Positions 13,398-25,148 of a DNA stretch of 54,112 nucleotides are shown here, piece by piece (within the stretch, counting starts at the first letter, position 1; every line of letters starts with the position of its first letter). The position numbers were made by a program, and so were the translations under genes. Source of the DNA: Reclinomonas americana ATCC 50394 (lineage: Eukaryota). Under the pieces are notes generated by a model. It saw only the letters and a list, made by a program, of their open reading frames with translations, had not been told where the DNA came from and made no database searches. The stretch covers positions 1-54,112 of the forward strand of contig PS015076.1 in NCBI GenBank assembly GCA_048213135.1. The letters run 5' to 3'.

Positions 13398-13491
13398 GTC
13401 AGGGAGGTGTGGCCGAGAATACAGATACAGGCAAAAAGTTTGGTTGCGTGGGCGGCAGCAGCAGAAGAAGAGGAAGACGATGATGAGATTG

Positions 13492-15828
13492 TTAGCCGAT
13501 CAGAGGCATGTAGACGACGGCCGCCGTGGCCTCGCTGCCGAATCCCGCGTACGCAAGTCGAACACCGCGCTGTGAAGTGCAAGTCAGCCACAACAATCAT
13601 TCCTCTTCCCCTCATTCTCGTGTGACGCACTGATGCCTTGGCGGGGAATCCCTCAATCACGTCACGTGCAGCCATCTTGTCGGGGAAAGTGTTGCGATTG
13701 TACCACACCAGGTAGCCGACGGAGAGCAAGCCTTCGTCGCTCACCGCGCTGCCACGTAGTCGCTCCTCCGGATTCAGCAACGAGCACCTGTCGATATACC
13801 GTGAGCATATATATGCACAAGCCTGCGTGCATGCACAGCGACACGCAACACTTCAATCTTGACGGCTCCCTCCAGCCACTCGGCGGTCACCTGATCCACG
13901 CATTGCGGGAGCGTGCCGGGCACATACAGTGGCAGGTGGTGCGGATCCACCGGCATCAGCGACTGTCGCAGCAACTGCTGCAGCGCGGTTCCGGAGCCGC
14001 CATTGGCAAGCCCGCCGCGATTGATGCCGCGCGGAGACGCCGGCGGTGACGGTGTGCCAGTGAGAACACTGCGCAGGAGAGGAGACGCGGCTGTGGCGCG
14101 TGCCGGCGAGCCAAGCACGGGCGAGGCGGACGGCGAGGCGGTGGGGGAACCGGCGAGCAGCGGCGAAGGTGAGGCCGGGCGTGCAAACACGGGCGAGAGA
14201 ACCGGGCGCGATTCGTTGAAATCGGCGCCGAGGCACGGCGTGAAGCGCTCACGCAGCGACTCGCGATAGTCGGCGGGCAGCAGGCGCTCGCACTCCACGA
14301 GACGCATGAGCTCCGAGTCGCGCAGCTGCAGCGCATCCGAGTCCCCAATGTACTTGTTGCCGCCGACCAGCACCAGCGCGCGCAGCAGTTCCCCGTCCGC
14401 GGCTGTGCCCCGGTCGCCGAGTGAGAACGCAAACGAAACAGGAAGGAGAAGTAAAGCAAGAACGCACATCGATTGACGTCCACGAATGCCGCGTGGCGCA
14501 GACCATCGTGCACACCAGAGGCGGTGAGCAGGCGGGCCACGGTGGCCGCCGGCAACTCGTAGATGACGCCGTACACACAGCTGGCCTCGTCGGGCACCAA
14601 ATTCAAGTGCCCCTCAAAGAGGTGCGGATCGGGGCGGAAGTTGAGCGACAAACGGAAGCCCTCCAGCACCGCCGGCACCGCCTCCACCGCCTCCGGCACC
14701 TCAATGCCCTTGGGCCAGTCGCCGACCACAAAGTCGGCAAACGCAAAGAGGCGCACGCGCAGCTCCGACACATCACGCAGCGTCGGCGTCGGCAGGCGAC
14801 TGCGCGGACTCATCGCATGCTGCGCCGCCGCGCAGTCGGCCACATCATAGATCGCCCGGAAGATGACATCACGCACCGGATGCGTGCACACATCCACCAG
14901 CTGCTGATTGATATCAAACACGGCGGGAGTGTCGACAAAGCGCCGCAGATCGTCGACCGTGCGCAGTCCAATCAGGGCCAGCTTGTCGCGCAACACCTGC
15001 CGCGAGATGCCATCCATGGAGAACGCAGGCGCCACTGCATCCAAGCACTCGTCGAGCTCATCCCNNNNNNNNNNNNNNNNNNNNNNNNNNNNNNNNNNNN
15101 NNNNNNNNNNNNNNNNNNNNNNNNNNNNNNNNNNNNNNNNNNNNNNNNNNNNNNNNNNNNNNNNNNNNNNNNNNNNNNNNNNNNNNNNNNNNNNNNNNNN
15201 NNNNNNNNNNNNNNNNNNNNNNNNNNNNNNNNNNNNNNNNNNNNNNNNNNNNNNNNNNNNNNNNNNNNNNNNNNNNNNNNNNNNNNNNNGTGCGCAAGTC
15301 GACACGCGCACCGGCACCTGTGTCGACGGAAAATCGAGAAATCGACTGCATGCATGTCGAGATAGAATGAATCAATGAACTGCTCCAGCATGATATGATT
15401 GATCGTATGATGAGTGAGCGAACCCGTCGCGACGCCACTCGTCAATGACGCACTGCATCTTGATGAGGGTGCGGCGAATGGGATGCAAGTGCGCCATTTT
15501 GCCTGCGCGAGTCACCGGGCCCGCCAATACGGGTTCCAAGTGGTCCACTGCCAGGCGACCGCGGTCCGCCGCCAGTGCCAGCTGATGCACGTTGAGAATG
15601 CCGAGTCCTCCGCGTCCTCCAGTGCCGGCGAGTCCGCTGCGACGCGAGGAGGAGCGCAGGGCGGAGATGGTGTCCGCTGCTGCACTGGCGCTCTCCCTGT
15701 GCGTGCGTGTGCGTTGAGAGAGAGTGTGTGTGTGCGTGTGTGACGGTGGGGAGGAGTGTGCGTAACCACTCAAGTCGCTGAGCGACCTCGTCCATGAAGT
15801 CTGTCAACTCGTAGCCGCCTCCGCTCAT
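13492..15828 (-). CDS. Hypothetical multi-exon protein with a SAM-like helical segment and a gamma-glutamylcyclotransferase (GGCT/AIG2)-like domain; interrupted by gap 15065-15289
   Basis: RLFAFAD...PAVLEGFRLSLNF...NLVPDEASCVYGVIYEL...RLLPADYRESLR matches the GGCT-fold pattern; LALIGLRTVDDLRRF lies upstream. Start and end were hand-spliced. Confidence 0.6.
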
Positions 15829-16734
15829 CGTTTGGTTTTTTTGTTATTGATGCGTGTGTGTGATTGGATGATTGCTTGCGGGACGCGGAGATGACAGAGA
15901 GAGGTGGGAGGAAAGGGTGAGAGGAAGGGTGAGAGGGAGGGAGAGGGAAGGGGGAGGGNNNNNNNNNNNNNNNNNNNNNNNNNNNNNNNNNNNNNNNNNN
16001 NNNNNNNNNNNNNNNNNNNNNNNNNNNNNNNNNNNNNNNNNNNNNNNNNNNNNNNNNNNNNNNNNNNNNNNNNNNNNNNNNNNNNNNNNNNNNNNNNNNN
16101 NNNNNNNNNNNNNNNNNNNNNNNNNNNNNNNNNNNNNNNNNNNNNNNNNNNNNNNNNNNNNNNNNNNNNNNNNNNNNNNNNNNNNNNNNNNNNNNNNNNN
16201 NNNNNNNNNNNNNNNNNNNNNNNNNNNNNNNNNNNNNNNNNNNNNNNNNNNNNNNNNNNNNNNNNNNNNNNNNNNNNNNNNNNNNNNNNNNNNNNNNNNN
16301 NNNNNNNNNNNNNNNNNNNNNNNNNNNNNNNNNNNNNNNNNNNNNNNNNNNNNNNNNNNNNNNNNNNNNNNNNNNNNNNNNNNNNNNNNNNNNNNNNNNN
16401 NNNNNNNNAGACAGGCAGGCAAAGAGGGAGAGGAGAGTGCGAGAGCGAGAGGGCGACGTCGACGTTACTTTTTTCTCGCGTTTGTGAGATGTCTCTGTGC
16501 CTTGCGCGCTCACTGGTCCTGATGCGGCTGTGTTGCTGCTTGGATACTAAAGTGCCGTTGTTGTACGAGGCAGAGCGTGCTAGACGTCAACTTTCAATCG
16601 TGCAGGCAACACGTGCGCTGCGAAGGTGGCATTCTGGGTGCAGTGCGATAGTGGTCCACAAGGATGCAAAGGTTGGGGACTGCGGGGCTCAGCCTGCCAC
16701 CACGATTGTGTGACGAAGAAGCATCATGCCACAT

Positions 16735-19634
16735 TCATTCCGCCACCACCACCCTCCACGCCCTAAGCGACAGACCCACCAGCACCGCCACAAACGACAC
16801 CACCTCGTACCCGGGATATTTCTGTCGCAGCCCCTTCGCGTATCGCAGCACCTGCTTCTCGGCGCCCTCTGCCGCCGCGAGCACATTCGTTAACTCACCA
16901 CGACCACCAGCCACCTTGTAAGAGATGGCAGCCAGCATGGCTCTGCCTTCCTCCGTGGTGCAGTCGTCGCTGATCTGCACGAGCAGAGGATGATGTCATG
17001 ACAAAGAGAAGCCCTTTGCCCCTAACCACACACACTCACCGGCAGCTTGGCGTCAACGGCACGAATAGCTGTATCAATGGCCTTGGCCTTCGCCAGCATG
17101 GTCTCTGTCTTAGCCTCTGCCATTACCACCGCCAGATCTGTGTGCGTGTGTAAATACCGTGCGATGTGACAGTGTGTTCGCTGCGGCGGAAGACGCAACC
17201 CGAGTGAACCACATGCAGCGGCACCGCTTTGAACTCGATTACAATTATGCGCATTAGAGACTCGGAAATGATGGCCATGTCGCAGAACTGTGTCTTGGGT
17301 CGACCCTGTTGAGAAAACGATGAGGCGCGCCGCCCGAAAAGACGAGGAGGCTTGTGATCGTCGCCCACCTCCAGGCTGACATCCAGCTCGAATTCCATCT
17401 TCACCGGTGCCTTGGCCGCCGCTAGTTGCACAAAGAAGGCGTCCGTAACGTGTCGCTCCCGCAAGTGCTCCGGATTGCGTGACTGGTGCTCGCGCAGCCA
17501 CTCCTCACAGACATTGTTCAAGAGGACGATGTCGAGATTACTGGTGTGTGCGAAAGAGGGAGAGTGATCACAAACGCGAACAGGCAGGAAAAACACACAA
17601 TAAGCGCAGAGGGAGGCGGAGAAGGAGGAAGCGCCGACGGTTGAGACCTGAGAAGTGCGTTGCAGGCGGCTGGGCAGGCGCGCTGAACAAGGCGCCGCAG
17701 GATGCGGTCGCGAGTATTCTCATTTGGCACCACCAGGCCTGACGGCGGGTAAGCACGATTAAGGAGAGCAGAGATGACGGACGACGCAACTCTGGCCGTC
17801 CGGCGCAATGGTGTAGCCGCCAACGTACTGGCAGAAGCGCGCAAACATAGTCTCGTCGGCGCCAGCGACATCTTCGCCGCGGAATGGATCCACATCGTCG
17901 GGCAGTGCGACCTCACTAGACGTGGAACCGCGGAGTACGCTCAGCAAGATGGGCAGGTGTTGCGATTGCACCATCAATTGGAGGGCTGCGTCGCTAAGTT
18001 CCACGTTGGAGTAGGTAGTGCGAGGCGCTCGCTTCCCCTTCTGGACCTCCTGCAATTGCGAAAACAGTGAGTGTAATCGCTCATCATCTCCTGGTCATAC
18101 TTCACGGGAACACACCCGCATGTACGACATGACATGATCGGTGCAGTAGATGGGAATGGCACTCGGCCCATCAAAGAAGCGGAAGCCATTGTAGCGCTGG
18201 CGAATGACGGTGTGGTACATGGTCTTGTTGACGGTGGAGAGCGAGGAGCCATCACGAAGTTGCACGCGGTCCAGAAGGAGATCCACTTCGGCTTCGGTCA
18301 GACCGCACATGGCTTGTTCATCTCGTCAAACGTGCAGTCCACGCCAATGTTGAAACCGCTGGTCATGTCGTTGGTGGCCAGCGGGAGAACACTGTACGTA
18401 TATATGTATGTGTGTGTGTGTGATGGGGCGTCAGAGTTACTTCGTGCGCGTGCGTGTGACAAAAGGGGAGAGGAAGAGAGCAAACGCACCCTGTGATTAG
18501 CATGAAGGGGACGAGACCGCTCTGCACTGCGCTCTTGATGGAGGCAAACAAGCCCTTCACACCACAGTCGCTGAGCAGATTCTGGTACTTGTGTGCATCG
18601 GTGTGATCGAGGGCAGGAACGAAGGGTCGATCGGACTCGTCGACAAGGATGACGAGCTGCGGGGGTGCGGGGTTGAGTGACCGATTGCACACCAGAGCAT
18701 GGTTGGTCGCACCTTCCTGCCGACATCCCGCACAGCATCACGAATGAGCGAGAAATGGTGAACAGACGATCCACCTTCTCTTGTGGCACACCGCTCGCGC
18801 AGCTCTGGGTACTGCGCCAGGAACGGTCGGACGCACTCGTCGGAGAAGAACAGGTCAAATATGCCACGCGAAGACTGCGGCTGGGAGAGCGAGAAGTCCA
18901 GCGCAGACATATCCACCTTCAGTACGTAGTGCTGGCAAGGCAACTGCTTGCGATGCACCTCGTGGATGCGATCCACGATTTGCAGCCCCTGTGCTGTGGG
19001 AGAGAGAGAGAGAGTGAGTGCGAGAGAGAGAGAGGAGTGAGTGCGAGAGAGAGAGAGAGGAGAGAAGAGACGACGCAACAAGCGACAAGTACGGTCTGGA
19101 GTACGCGAGATACACCGACGCAGATCTCTCTCGTGCTGCCCGCGTCACTCATTCCTTCGCTGCCAGGGTCTCACTCTCTCTCTCTCTCTCTCGCCCTACT
19201 TCCACCATTGCATCTCCTCCTTCTCCTCTTCTCCGCAAGGTGCTGTACCAGGATCTTTGCTGTCGCCCTCACTCCTCTCGTACACTCATACTCACACCCA
19301 CCTGGAACAGCTGCTCAAACGCACTCTCGCCGTGCGAGACACGCCCGCTGAGCAGCCTCGCGTGCAACGCCGACACGGCTTGTTCATGCCCTTCCTCCAT
19401 GGTTGAACGGTGTGCATAGCGGCGCTTCCCGGGAGGCAGCGCATTGTTAATGTCGTGGTAGTTGGCGAGTGTGTCGAGCAGCAGGCTCTTGCCAAAGCGA
19501 CGCGGGCGCACATAGATCAAGGGTGATATGCTTGGCGGGCGAAACCACGCGAGAAGCTGCGCGGTCTTGTCTACGTAACAGAGCTCGGGTGTGCTGCGAA
19601 TGAGCGAGAAACCGTGGCCAGAGGGAGGAATCAT
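16735..19634 (-). CDS. AAA-ATPase-like domain + C-terminal PD-(D/E)XK nuclease-like protein (family mostly known from bacteria), with spliceosomal introns
   Basis: YVDKT...YVRPRRFGKSLLLDTL (Walker A), LFQ|GLQI, LVILVDESDRP (Walker B), MLITG, SGFN, CGLTEAEV, YNGFRF, LVVPNENTR, then FCDMAII...IIVIEFK and AEKQVLRY. Confidence 0.85.
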
Positions 19635-20012
19635 GCGTCCTGTGAGAGAGAGAGGAAGGCAGGGAGGGGTGAGGGGAAAGGAGTGTTGTGAGCTGATTGT
19701 TGCTCTCTCTCTTTCTCTCTCACGATGCTGCATACTCTTTCTCTCTCTCTCTCCCTCTCTCTCTCCCCTTCACTTTGCTCTCTTGCACACACACATAGAG
19801 AGAAGAGAATGAGCAATGCACCACACCTCCAACAACTGAGGCGGCATTGGTGCTGAGACACACGCGGGGAAGACGACGCTCACACGCACGCAGCATCAAT
19901 ATCGTCACCAATTCATGATCACGTGTGTTCCAATTGCCACACACACACACACAAAACCCCGACTTAAACCCGCTGTCTGTCTCTGCTTACTTCTCCATAA
20001 GACTGTCAATCC

Positions 20013-21298
20013 ATGCACGAATCCCTGCACATCCCCTGCGCCTCGGCCGCCCACCTCTGCATCGCCCCCCGGACCCTCTCTCCCCCTCTTATCATTGTCG
20101 CCGGCAACGACGAAGACGGCTGCATATTCGTATTTGATGGCGACAGTGGCCACCGATTGCACACTGAAAGGGACGCGCACCCGGGAGGCACCTATCGCGT
20201 GCACTATGACAGCGGGAAGCTGGCCTCGTGCGGATTCGATTGTTGTGTCGCACTGTGGAGTATTATCATTGACGAGGAGGAGAAGTCGTGTTTGCGACAA
20301 GAGTGGCGCTCGACTGGTTGGTGTGACTACATTCAGGGCCTGACGATGACGCACCGGCCGTTGTATGTGTTTGCCACGGCGGAGACCACGGAGATTCATG
20401 TGTATTCTGTGCAAGGAGGGGAGAAGGTGCGCGTGCAGCACGGCCACTCGCAGCACGTGAATGCGTTGGCGGTGTCGTCGTGCGATCGCGTGCTTGTCAG
20501 CGCCTCGGATGATCACAGTATGCGCACGTGGAGTGTGGAGACTGGCGCACAGTTGTGGGTGTTTCATTTTGACTCGGCTGTGCACTCGGTGGCGCTGCGG
20601 GGGACGTTGGCGGCCTGTGGCATGTGGCATGGCTGCGTGCTGGTGATTGATCTGAGCACGCACATCGAGCGACTGGTGGGCGTGCCCGACAGGGATACCT
20701 GGTGCGGCGTGTATGGCACCGCGTTTGCGGAGAAGGAGTTGCCGATTGTTGTTGCCACGACGCATGGTTCGCGCCACAGAGAGAGAAGAGAGAGATACAG
20801 CAAGACAGAGAGACAGCTCAGCTGCATTCCAGTGCCCTCCTCGCGTTGTTGCTCAACGCATGCGCGCAGATGGCTTGGTGCAAGTGTGGAACGTGGATAC
20901 GCTCCGCTTGGTGGCCAGCGACGATGCCAGCCGCGATGGTGTGCCTCAGCCCCTGTGGAGTCCAGTGATTCTCGCCGACGGTCGTCTGGCCGTCTGTCAA
21001 CTTGCGCATGGCGTGCGTGTGTTTGCGCCAGGTGAGTGTGTGGGTGGGCGCACGTAGTGCACTGCGTGTGCCACGCACCTGCTTATTGCGGAATGCAGGT
21101 CCGTGGAGCAAGCGGTGGTGTCTGGAGCAGGAGGTGGTGGCGGCGCGCGAGGCTGTGGTCGCGTTGCGGGAGGCAGAGGCGGAAAAGGAGGAGGTGGGCG
21201 AACCGCTGCCGTTGCTCGTGCTCCGCTGTTTCATGGTGGAGGAGGCGGAGGCGAATCTGTGGCGAGGAGGCGGCGTCGTTGTCGTCGTGACAGGGTGA
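20013..21298 (+). CDS. Divergent WD40-repeat protein with the shared C-terminal LRCF.VE tail; 3 exons (introns about 20767-20868 and 21032-21098); start uncertain
   Basis: LASCGFDCCVALW, GHSQHVNALAV...LVSASDDHSMRTWSV, TTH|DGLVQVWNV; tail AREAVVALRE...PLPLLVLRCFMVEEAEANLWR. Confidence 0.8.
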
Positions 21299-22008
21299 AG
21301 CACAGATGGGCGTGGCGATTCAACAACGTTGCCCGCTGGGACGCGAGGAATGGACGTGCGCTTCAGTGCCAGGTCGCCTCGGTGGTGTACCTGTTATTTG
21401 GTGCCTTCTGCCTGCTGATTCTTGCTTGCCACCGCCACAGTGGTCGGATCCGGGTCGGCCTCGTCCACAACGTTGTTCATTGCAGCGTGATCAGTGGCGG
21501 CAGCGTGACGACGGTGGGCGCACTGCAGGGCAGCTCGGCCAGTGGCAGTGTGACGACGGTGGGCACGCTGGAGACAGGCAAACGGTGGACACGCTTGAGA
21601 GCAGCTCGGTCAGCACATTCGGTGTGATCAGCCTTCGAAAGTGATTGGCATTCAGCTGCACAGCGGCGTGGTAAACAGCGTCTCAGTCAACTACATCATT
21701 TGCGATGCCGGCTGCTCATTTGTTGTCATTCCCAGCTGCAGTGCATCCTCGTCAGTTCCACTCTGGTGTGAATTGAGCTTTCCAGTCGAGTTAGACAGCA
21801 GACCCGTGGAGAAATCTCCGATCGCTCTTGCAGTTTTGACAGTTCGCAGTCGGAGAACATGCGCTTGAGTTATTGACAGTATACAGACATCGTACCGTGG
21901 CGTAGAATACCAAGCCGGGTCCTCTCTGTGCTTCGCGTGTGCGGCGAGGATCACAGTTCCCGACTTATTCGGAGCTCCGGGGGCGAATTCGAACACACAC
22001 ACACACAG

Positions 22009-22089
22009 GAAACCTGCTGCTGCCCTCAAGACTGGTATCTGTGTTGATGTTTTGGATATGGTTGGACTTGCGGTCATCAAGACAGCTGT
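22009..22089 (-). repeat. About 80-bp dispersed repeat, inverted copy of 45924-46002
   Basis: Reverse complement ACAGCTGTCTTGATGACCGCAAGTCCAACCATATCCAAAACATCAACACAGATACCAGTCTTGAGGGCAGCAGCAGGTTTC nearly equals 45924-46002. Confidence 0.9.
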
Positions 22090-22279
22090 CTTTTTTGTTG
22101 GCGACTGAATATCGGCGTTCGTATTATTGTCGAAGCTCGCAACTCGCAAGCACGAATTCGAATTCCAGCACAGAACATCACATCATGGCGTAGACCATTC
22201 ACCGCTTGCAAGTGGCCGTTTGAAAAAGAAAAAACCCACCTTGCTCCAATATCGAAGGTGGACATTCATGCATGATCAT

Positions 22280-22636
22280 ATGACGTGTTTGTCCGCAAGC
22301 ACCGGCTCTCACTCACAATCGCGACCTTTCATGCAAGCACAGCGAAGTCCACTGCGAGACAAGAAGAAAGACTTTGGTACGCACTTGCACACAGAAGAAA
22401 GAGAAGAAAGAGACACACAAACTGCACAAAACACACACTAAAGTCGATCGCCATGGCAATGCCCTCTTGCACACACACTCTCTCTCTCTTTCTCTCTCTG
22501 TGTGTGTGCAATCTCACTCACTCTCTTTGTCTCACTCTCACTCGCTGTGTGTGTGTGTGTGTGTGTGCAGTTTACCTCCGCCCATTGCATCGTTTGTATC
22601 CCCCGGGAGAACTCAAAAAGTACCTTGTTGTGAAAG
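22280..22636 (+). CDS. Putative 5' exons of a hypothetical gene that continues into the inverted contig 23587-24738
   Basis: ...DKKKDF G|gtacgc, then cag|exon 22571-22636 (VYLRPLHRLYPPGELKKYLVVK)|gtgcgt. Start codon uncertain. Confidence 0.45.
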
Positions 22637-22759
22637 GTGCGTGCTGAGTGAGTGAGTAATGAGAGAGAGAGAGAAAAAGAGTAAGAGATTGCACTCTTGT
22701 CAAGTGTGCTTTGAGCGGAAATCCATCATTAATCTCCGGGCCATTTTTCCCGTATTTCG

Positions 22760-22796
<37 letters not shown>

Positions 22797-23746
22797 TACT
22801 GGAGTCCCTCTGCAGACTGCAGTCGCTCCTGCCTCTTACACATACTCACTCACTCTCTCCCACCCTCTCCCTCCCTTTCTCTTCTCCTCTCGCCACCCTC
22901 TCTCTCTCTCTCTCTNNNNNNNNNNNNNNNNNNNNNNNNNNNNNNNNNNNNNNNNNNNNNNNNNNNNNNNNNNNNNNNNNNNNNNNNNNNNNNNNNNNNN
23001 NNNNNNNNNNNNNNNNNNNNNNNNNNNNNNNNNNNNNNNNNNNNNNNNNNNNNNNNNNNNNNNNNNNNNNNNNNNNNNNNNNNNNNNNNNNNNNNNNNNN
23101 NNNNNNNNNNNNNNNNNNNNNNNNNNNNNNNNNNNNNNNNNNNNNNNNNNNNNNNNNNNNNNNNNNNNNNNNNNNNNNNNNNNNNNNNNNNNNNNNNNNN
23201 NNNNNNNNNNNNNNNNNNNNNNNNNNNNNNNNNNNNNNNNNNNNNNNNNNNNNNNNNNNNNNNNNNNNNNNNNNNNNNNNNNNNNNNNNNNNNNNNNNNN
23301 NNNNNNNNNNNNNNNNNNNNNNNNNNNNNNNNNNNNNNNNNNNNNNNNNNNNNNNNNNNNNNNNNNNNNNNNNNNNNNNNNNNNNNNNNNNNNNNNNNNN
23401 NNNNNNNNNNNNNNNNNNNNNNNNNNNNNNNNNNNNNNNNNNNNNNNNNNNNNNNNNNNNNNNNNNNNNNNNNNNNNNNNNNNNNNNNNNNNNNNNNNNN
23501 NNNNNNNNNNNNNNNNNNNNNNNNNNNNNNNNNNNNNNNNNNNNNNNNNNNNNNNNNNNNNNNNNNNNNNNNNNNNNNNNNNNNNNGAAGGGGGAAGGGC
23601 AAGGGGGAAGAGAAGGGGGAACAGCAGGGAGGAACAGCAGGGGGAACAGCACAAGGGAGGAGAGAGTATTTTGTTGTGGGGGAGGGGGAGGGGGAGAGGG
23701 ATTCATGCGGAATATCACTAGCAAGAGGCTATCGCCCACACGCAAC

Positions 23747-24665
23747 TCTTTCCACCAGCGCCTTCACGCCAAATTTGCGCGAAATGCACTCAAAAACGTA
23801 CGTCGAAGGGCGTTCCGGTGTCGACGTCTTGCGCTGCAATGTGTGAAACAACAGAGTGAACAATTCAAGTCTCCCCATCGCACCACACAATCGACGGCTT
23901 GATCATACCGATCTCAAGTAGTCCTCCCTCGTGTCGTAAATCTCGCGAATCACGCGCAGCACCCACGACAGCGAGCGTTCAGTCAGGCCCACACTCGAGT
24001 GCTGCGTGCGCTCCTCAGCGTCGCGCAGCATCTCGTAGAATGGCGACTTGATGAACGGATACAGTGCCTCGGCCGCCCGCGAGTCACCATACGGTGACAG
24101 CAACAGCGGCAGCAACACGCCAGTGCGCATGGTCTCCTCATCCTCCTGCACGCGCGCACATCATGGTCAGGAAGGGAAGAAAAACGACCAACTGACACGG
24201 GGGTGGCGAAACTCCAAAAAACGGTTCCGGCTTGGGTGTGCCACTGCCGACGGCGCCCGAGAAGGCCTCCGTCGGCTGCACATCATCGCGCGTCACTCCA
24301 CCTCTGCGAGTCGGCGACGCTCCCGACAGAATCTGCTGCGCCACAATCGCCGGCTGCGACACTCCCGTGAGCGCCGAGGCCGCCACCGATCGCTTGACGC
24401 TGCGCGCATAATTCGGCGACGTCTCCATTCCCACGTGAAACTCGGGCCACCCGCGTGTCGCCTCTAACCGCTCCTCGCGACGCTCCTGGTCCTCCTCGTG
24501 CGGAAAGCGCTCCTTTTCCTGCTCGTGAAGCCGACTGGCCTCCGACTGACCACAAGAGAGTGAGCACAGAGAGGGAGAGAGAAAGTATACACAACAGCAG
24601 CAGCCCGACTGGCCAAACCTCAAACGGAACCGCGTCGAAGAAGCGAACAGAGGCGGTGGGTGTGT
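23747..24665 (-). CDS. Exons of a hypothetical protein with a TSNAXIP1-like helical motif, on a probably inverted contig
   Basis: Spliced reading ...SLSWVLRVIREIYDTREDYLRS / RKTSTPERPSTYVFECISRKFGVKALVER; the family resemblance is from recall only. Confidence 0.55.
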
Positions 24666-25148
24666 CTGCAGAGGAGGAGATGAGGAAAGGGGGGGGGGGG
24701 GGAGGAGGGAGGGAGGAGGAGAGAGAGAGAGGGAAGGANNNNNNNNNNNNNNNNNNNNNNNNNNNNNNNNNNNNNNNNNNNNNNNNNNNNNNNNNNNNNN
24801 NNNNNNNNNNNNNNNNNNNNNNNNNNNNNNNNNNNNNNNNNNNNNNNNNNNNNNNNNNNNNNNNNNNNNNNNNNNNNNNNNNNNNNNNNNNNNNNNNNNN
24901 NNNNNNNNNNNNNNNNNNNNNNNNNNNNNNNNNNNNNNNNNNNNNNNNNNNNNNNNNNNNNNNNNNNNNNNNNNNNNNNNNNNNNNNNNNNNNNNNNNNN
25001 NNNNNNNNNNNNNNNNNNNNNNNNNNNNNNNNNNNNNNNNNNNNNNNNNNNNNNNNNNNNNNNNNNNNNNNNNNNNNNNNNNNNNNNNNNNNNNNNNNNN
25101 NNNNNNNNNNNNNNNNNNNNNNNNNNNNNNNNNNNNNNNNNNNNNNNN

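Noticed and set aside
21306-22149. ORFs on both strands and a ~40-bp duplication (GTGACGACGGTGGGC twice near 21505-21565)
   Set aside because: No recognisable protein and no frame-consistent model.
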